Source of the DNA: Phycisphaera mikurensis NBRC 102666
GTDB lineage: Bacteria > Planctomycetota > Phycisphaerae > Phycisphaerales > Phycisphaeraceae
Assembly: GCF_000284115.1 (NCBI RefSeq)
Contig: NC_017080.1
Coordinates: 1,590,001 to 1,622,000 of the forward strand
Reading direction: 5' to 3'
Length of the DNA: 32,000 nucleotides
A program made the position numbers and the translations under genes. Of the stretch, positions 26,924 through 32,000 are shown one piece after another. The notes under the pieces were generated by a model. The model worked only from the letters and a program-made list of their open reading frames with translations, searched no databases and had not been told where the DNA came from. Within the stretch, counting starts at the first letter, position 1. Each line of letters opens with the position of its first letter.

Positions 26924-27297
26924 GGGGGTCTTCAGCTCACGGAGAGGGAAAAGGATTGGGGCACCCGGCGGGTCCCCGGTTGATCGTTGTATCGGTTGAA
27001 GAGAGCGCCAACGTCTTCGAATGAAGCGTTTTCGGCAGAAACGGTGCGCGAACCGTCGGGCTCGGGTGGGATTGGGAGGGCCACCCCGGCGATCCGAGGA
27101 TCGCGGACGCGGCGGGATTCGCAGGGGAAACGACAGATGATGTGCGGAGCGTCGTGTTTTCCGCGGCGAACGTCAAATCGCGGAGCGCCGCACCGGTCCG
27201 CTCCGCGTGCGGCCGGCGCGGCCAACGCGTTCGATGCGGTTGACGCGGGCGACGCTTTACCCTCCGCCCGCCCGCCGCCTCCGAAGCGAGACCCGCC

Positions 27298-29016
27298 ATG
27301 CCCCACGAGATCTCCCGCACCGCTTACGCCGAGATGTTCGGCCCCACCACCGGCGATCTCGTCCGCCTCGGGGACACGCGGCTGCTCGCCCGCGTCGAGG
27401 CCGACTTCACCGTCTACGGCGACGAGTGCAAGTTCGGCGGTGGGAAAGTCCTGCGCGAGGGCATGGGGCAACGCGCCGGCGGCGATCCGGCGGACGCGCT
27501 GGATTACGTCATCACCAACGCGCTGGTCATCGACTGGACGGGCATCTACAAGGCCGACGTCGGGCTCAAAGGAGGCCGCATCGCCGGGATCGGCAAGGCC
27601 GGCAACCCCGACGTGATGGCCGGCGTCGACGATCGCCTCGTCATGGGCGTCACCACCGAGGTCATCGCCGGCGAGGGCCACGTGCTCACCGCCGGCGGCC
27701 TCGACACGCACGTCCACTTCATCTGCCCGCAGATCGTCGACGAAGCGATCGCCTCGGGCGTGACGACGCTCATCGGCGGCGGCACCGGCCCGGCCACCGG
27801 CACCTGCGCGACGACCTGCACGCCGGGCGCCGCCCACGTGGAGATGATGCTCCGGGCGACCGACGGCCTGCCGATCAACTTCGGCTTCCTCGGCAAGGGG
27901 AACACCAGCGACCCCGAGGGCCTCGCCGAGGTCGCCGCCGCCGGCGCCCTGGGCTTCAAGCTCCACGAAGACTGGGGCACCACGCCCGCCGCGATCGACT
28001 GCTGCCTGGGCGTCGCCGAAGACCTCGACGTGCAGGTGTGCATCCACACCGACACGCTCAACGAGAGCGGCTTCGTGGAGGCGAGCGTCGCCGCTTTCAA
28101 GGGCCGCACGATCCACACCTACCACACCGAGGGCGCCGGCGGCGGCCACGCCCCGGACATCATCAAAGTGTGCGGCGAGCCCAACGTGATCCCCTCGTCG
28201 ACCAACCCGACGCGGCCGTACACGGTGAACACGATCGACGAGCACCTGGACATGCTCATGGTCTGCCACCACCTCGATGCGAACCTCCCCGAGGACGTCG
28301 CCTTCGCCGAGTCACGCATCCGCGGCGAAACCATCATGGCCGAGGACGTGCTCCACGACCTGGGCGCCTTCTCGATCATGGGCTCCGACGCCCAGGCGAT
28401 GGGCCGCGTGGGCGAGGTGGTGACCCGCACCTGGCAGACCGCCTCGAAGATGCGCGACCAGCGCGGCGTGCTCGGCGGAGACCGCGAGGGCCGCGGCGAC
28501 AACGAGCGGATCAAGCGGTACGTCGCGAAGTACACCATCAACCCGGCGATCGCCCACGGCATCGGCCACGTCGTCGGCAGCGTGGAGGTGGGAAAGCTCG
28601 CCGACCTGGTCCTGTGGAAGCCCGCCTTCTTCGGCGTGAAGCCCGAGCTGGTGATCAAGGGCGGCCACATCGCCAGCGCCCAGATGGGCGACCCCAACGC
28701 CAGCATCCCCACGCCGCAGCCGGTGCACACGCGCCCGATGTTCGCCGCGATGGGCAAAGCGGTCGCCGGCACCTCGCTGGCCTTCGTCAGCCAGTCGGCG
28801 GTCGACGCCGGCGCCGCGGACCGCTGCGGTTTGGCGAAGAAAACCGAGGCGGTCCGCGGCTGCCGCAGCATCGGCAAGGCGGACATGAAGCTCAACGACG
28901 CGCTCCCGGTGATCGAGGTCGACCCCGAGACCTACCGGGTCGTCGCCGACGGCGTCGAGCTGCGGTGCGAGCCCGCGGAGACGCTGCCGCTGGCCCAGAA
29001 GTACTTCCTCTTCTGA
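27298..29016 (+). CDS. ureC: urease alpha (catalytic) subunit
   Basis: 572 aa. [27 protein letters not shown]..., Ni ligands and catalytic residues in [20 protein letters not shown] (the carbamylated Lys), [33 protein letters not shown] and [10 protein letters not shown], and a C-terminal [10 protein letters not shown]. Confidence 0.95.
   Translation: MPHEISRTAYAEMFGPTTGDLVRLGDTRLLARVEADFTVYGDECKFGGGKVLREGMGQRAGGDPADALDYVITNALVIDWTGIYKADVGLKGGRIAGIGKAGNPDVMAGVDDRLVMGVTTEVIAGEGHVLTAGGLDTHVHFICPQIVDEAIASGVTTLIGGGTGPATGTCATTCTPGAAHVEMMLRATDGLPINFGFLGKGNTSDPEGLAEVAAAGALGFKLHEDWGTTPAAIDCCLGVAEDLDVQVCIHTDTLNESGFVEASVAAFKGRTIHTYHTEGAGGGHAPDIIKVCGEPNVIPSSTNPTRPYTVNTIDEHLDMLMVCHHLDANLPEDVAFAESRIRGETIMAEDVLHDLGAFSIMGSDAQAMGRVGEVVTRTWQTASKMRDQRGVLGGDREGRGDNERIKRYVAKYTINPAIAHGIGHVVGSVEVGKLADLVLWKPAFFGVKPELVIKGGHIASAQMGDPNASIPTPQPVHTRPMFAAMGKAVAGTSLAFVSQSAVDAGAADRCGLAKKTEAVRGCRSIGKADMKLNDALPVIEVDPETYRVVADGVELRCEPAETLPLAQKYFLF
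28813..28860. repeat. BP46 bipartite palindrome, perfect copy inside ureC
   Basis: GCCGCGGACCG (28813-28823), a 26-nt spacer, then CGGTCCGCGGC (28850-28860). It encodes [16 protein letters not shown] within the conserved C-terminal region of UreC. Confidence 0.85.
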
Positions 29017-29118
29017 CCGGTTCCGCCGGGATCCGGAGCGGCCGGGCGTGGCGCGAGGCCGGGGGCCGCCCGGACGTAGGCTCGGCGGCACCCCTTCCTG
29101 GATCCCGGAGTCTCGCCC

Positions 29119-29907
29119 ATGCCACGATTGCTGCTCGCGTTCCTGTGCCTCCCGCTCGGCTTCGCGGTTTCGGCGGCCTCGGCGGAGCCCGCCGCCGCGG
29201 AGGCCTTCGTCGACCGGATCGAGGCGGCCCACGGCGTGGCCGCCTACCGGACGCACGCGGCGGTCGCCGCGGACTTCGAGATCGCGTACCCGGGCATGTT
29301 CGCGATGGCGGGTTCCATCGTGTTCGACACGCCGGTGGGCAGGAGCCGCATGGAGCTCGACGACGGCAGCGTTTGGGTCTTCGACGGGCGGACGGCCTGG
29401 GTCGCCGAGGGCAGCCCGACGACGCAGCGGGCCCGCTTCCACCTGCTGACGTGGCCGTACTTCTTCGCGGCGGCGACGAAGCTGCGGGACCCCGGCTCGC
29501 AACTCTCGGGCCCGGAGATGCTGGCGGTGAAGGACCCCGACGACGTCCGGCCCGCGGTCAAGCTGACCTTCGACGCCGGCGTCGGCGACTCGCCCGAGGA
29601 CTGGTACCACGCGTTCGCAGACGAGCAAGGCCGCCTCGACGCGCTCGGCTACATCGTCACCTACGGCAAGGGCCGGGCCGCCGCCGAGGAATCGCCCAGC
29701 ATCTGCATCTACGACGCCTTCGAGGAGATCGACGGCGTGACCGTGCCGGTCGCCTGGACCACCTGGCCCTGGCGGCCGACCGAGGGCATCGTCGGCGAGA
29801 CCCACAAGGGCAAGACCCGTTTCACGAACGTCCGCTTCGTCGAGCCCGAGCCGGGCACCTTCACGAAGCCCGACGGCGCGACCGAGCAAGCCGCCCCCGG
29901 CGGCTGA
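29119..29907 (+). CDS. secreted hypothetical protein
   Basis: 262 aa. Signal peptide MPRLLLAFLCLPLGFAVSAASA-EP. The composition and codon usage look coding. I recognise no family. Confidence 0.6.
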   Translation: MPRLLLAFLCLPLGFAVSAASAEPAAAEAFVDRIEAAHGVAAYRTHAAVAADFEIAYPGMFAMAGSIVFDTPVGRSRMELDDGSVWVFDGRTAWVAEGSPTTQRARFHLLTWPYFFAAATKLRDPGSQLSGPEMLAVKDPDDVRPAVKLTFDAGVGDSPEDWYHAFADEQGRLDALGYIVTYGKGRAAAEESPSICIYDAFEEIDGVTVPVAWTTWPWRPTEGIVGETHKGKTRFTNVRFVEPEPGTFTKPDGATEQAAPGG

Positions 29908-30002
29908 TGCGGCCGCTCGGCGCAGCCCGTGCGTCGAGGGTCCGGGAACCCGCGGCGGCACGACCCGCCCGCAGGGGCCGTCGGGAAGCCGCACACGGTG
30001 CT

Positions 30003-30650
30003 TCAGCCGGCGGCGTGGAGCGCCCGCTCGATGGCGTGCTCGAGCTCCTTGGCGTCCGAGGCGTCGCCGGGGGCGAGGAAGGTGAGCCCGGCGGGGCCGG
30101 TCTCGAGCATCGCGTCCTCGCCGGCGGCGTCCACCAGCGCGGGCTGGCTCGCCCACGCGGCGGCTTCCGCCGCGTCGTTGGCGCGGACCGTGCGCGGGGC
30201 GTCGACGCTCTGGTAGCCGAATCCGTCGAGCAGGCCCTCGGGCGCGCCGGCGGGCAGCGACACGGCGTGCAGGGGGTCGGTGCCGCTGCGGGGCTGGTGC
30301 ACGGCGATGAGCCGGCGGGTCGTCGGCGTGTGTCGGCCGCCGACCTGGTCGATGAGCCCGAAGGTCGTGAAGGCGTGGATGCCCCGCTCGCCGTGCGCGA
30401 CGGCGGTGACCCGGCGGGCACGGCCCGCGTTGAGGATCGCGACGCCGTCCAGGCCCGCGGGCAGCTCGTCGCTCCGCTCCTGGGTCTCCACCGAGAGGCC
30501 GGCGTCGCGGGCGGCGTCGCCGGCGGCCTCTGCGCGCGAGGCTTTCTTCTGGGTGAGCAGGATGCAGAGGACGACGACGCCGGCGATCACGGCGCCGACG
30601 ATCGAGGCGGTGACCCAGACGGCGGCGGCGAGGGAGGGAAGGAGGGTCAT
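30003..30650 (-). CDS. membrane-anchored hypothetical protein
   Basis: 215 aa from the ATG at 30650. One N-terminal TM helix (LLPSLAAAVWVTASIVGAVIAGVVVLCILL) is followed by KK and a soluble domain. I recognise no family. Confidence 0.55.
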   Translation of the reverse strand: MTLLPSLAAAVWVTASIVGAVIAGVVVLCILLTQKKASRAEAAGDAARDAGLSVETQERSDELPAGLDGVAILNAGRARRVTAVAHGERGIHAFTTFGLIDQVGGRHTPTTRRLIAVHQPRSGTDPLHAVSLPAGAPEGLLDGFGYQSVDAPRTVRANDAAEAAAWASQPALVDAAGEDAMLETGPAGLTFLAPGDASDAKELEHAIERALHAAG

Positions 30651-30681
30651 GGGCGTGGCGTCGTGGGGGTGGGAGGGTGAT

Positions 30682-30705
30682 TGCGTGCGTGCGTGCGTGC
30701 GTGCC
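30682..30705. repeat. tetranucleotide microsatellite (TGCG)5-TGCC
   Basis: TGCGTGCGTGCGTGCGTGCGTGCC lies in the 149-bp gap between the icd stop and the start of the membrane-protein gene. It forms a 23-nt strictly alternating pyrimidine/purine run. Confidence 0.9.
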
Positions 30706-30799
30706 GGCGCGGCGCGGCGATGGAACGTCGGGGCCGCCCGGGCTCGGGTCCACGCCTCGCCGGCCGACGGCCAGCGGGACGCTCGCCCGCCGGGCCGCT

Positions 30800-32000
<1,201 letters not shown>

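Noticed and set aside
27240-27263. Sigma70-like promoter TTGACG ... TACCCT upstream of ureC
   Set aside because: The two hexamers are separated by only 12 nt, far from the 16-18 nt needed, and promoter consensus in this lineage is unknown.
26924-27297. Degenerate ureA/ureB remnants upstream of ureC
   Set aside because: The gap is only 374 bp, while the two small subunits need roughly 600 bp. No frame gives urease gamma- or beta-like peptide.

Overview
This is a very GC-rich (by eye above 70% G+C) bacterial chromosomal segment, densely coding on both strands. Most of the very long ORFs in the supplied track are antisense or out-of-frame artefacts of the GC content (Arg/Pro/Ala/Gly-rich nonsense). 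My gene calls therefore rest on motifs I recognise by eye. I ran no BLAST, HMM or folding.

Supported content, left to right:
- a short fragment of an alpha/beta-hydrolase-like gene
- tilS
- an MsbA-type ABC exporter
- a ~930-960-aa GH63/MGH1-like glycoside hydrolase
- a ~0.75-kb non-coding tandem array (106-107-bp unit, about 7 copies, two palindromes per unit)
- a ptsN-like EIIA gene
- recQ
- archaeal-type phosphoglycerate mutase (apgM)
- a ~10-kb glycan assembly/export locus: GT2, sulfotransferase-like, GT4, fused GT2-GT2, GT61/DUF563-like, pyruvyl transferase, Wzt with an extra C-terminal domain, and Wzm. Its minus-strand genes are chained by GTGA/TGATG start-stop overlaps.
- nnrD, translationally coupled to a small lipoprotein gene
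- an orphan soluble PAS histidine kinase
- metF
- a lipoprotein gene
- an HU-family protein with a ~95-aa N-terminal AKKxP-repeat tail
- a stand-alone ureC with no other urease genes nearby
- one secreted and one membrane-anchored hypothetical protein
- the 3' half of a monomeric-type icd

I saw no rRNA, tRNA, CRISPR/cas, transposase, integrase, phage or recognisable defence genes.

The most unusual signal is a DNA motif rather than a gene. The bipartite palindrome CCGCGGACCG-N26-CGGTCCGCGG (called BP46 here) occurs 8 times: 5 perfect and 3 degenerate. The spacing is always exactly 26 nt and the spacers are unrelated. Three copies lie in intergenic DNA. Five lie inside coding sequence (ureC, tilS, three glycan genes); in ureC and tilS the copy sits in a stretch that appears colinear with homologues, so no insertion is evident. 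I do not recognise this motif as a described element and its function is unknown.
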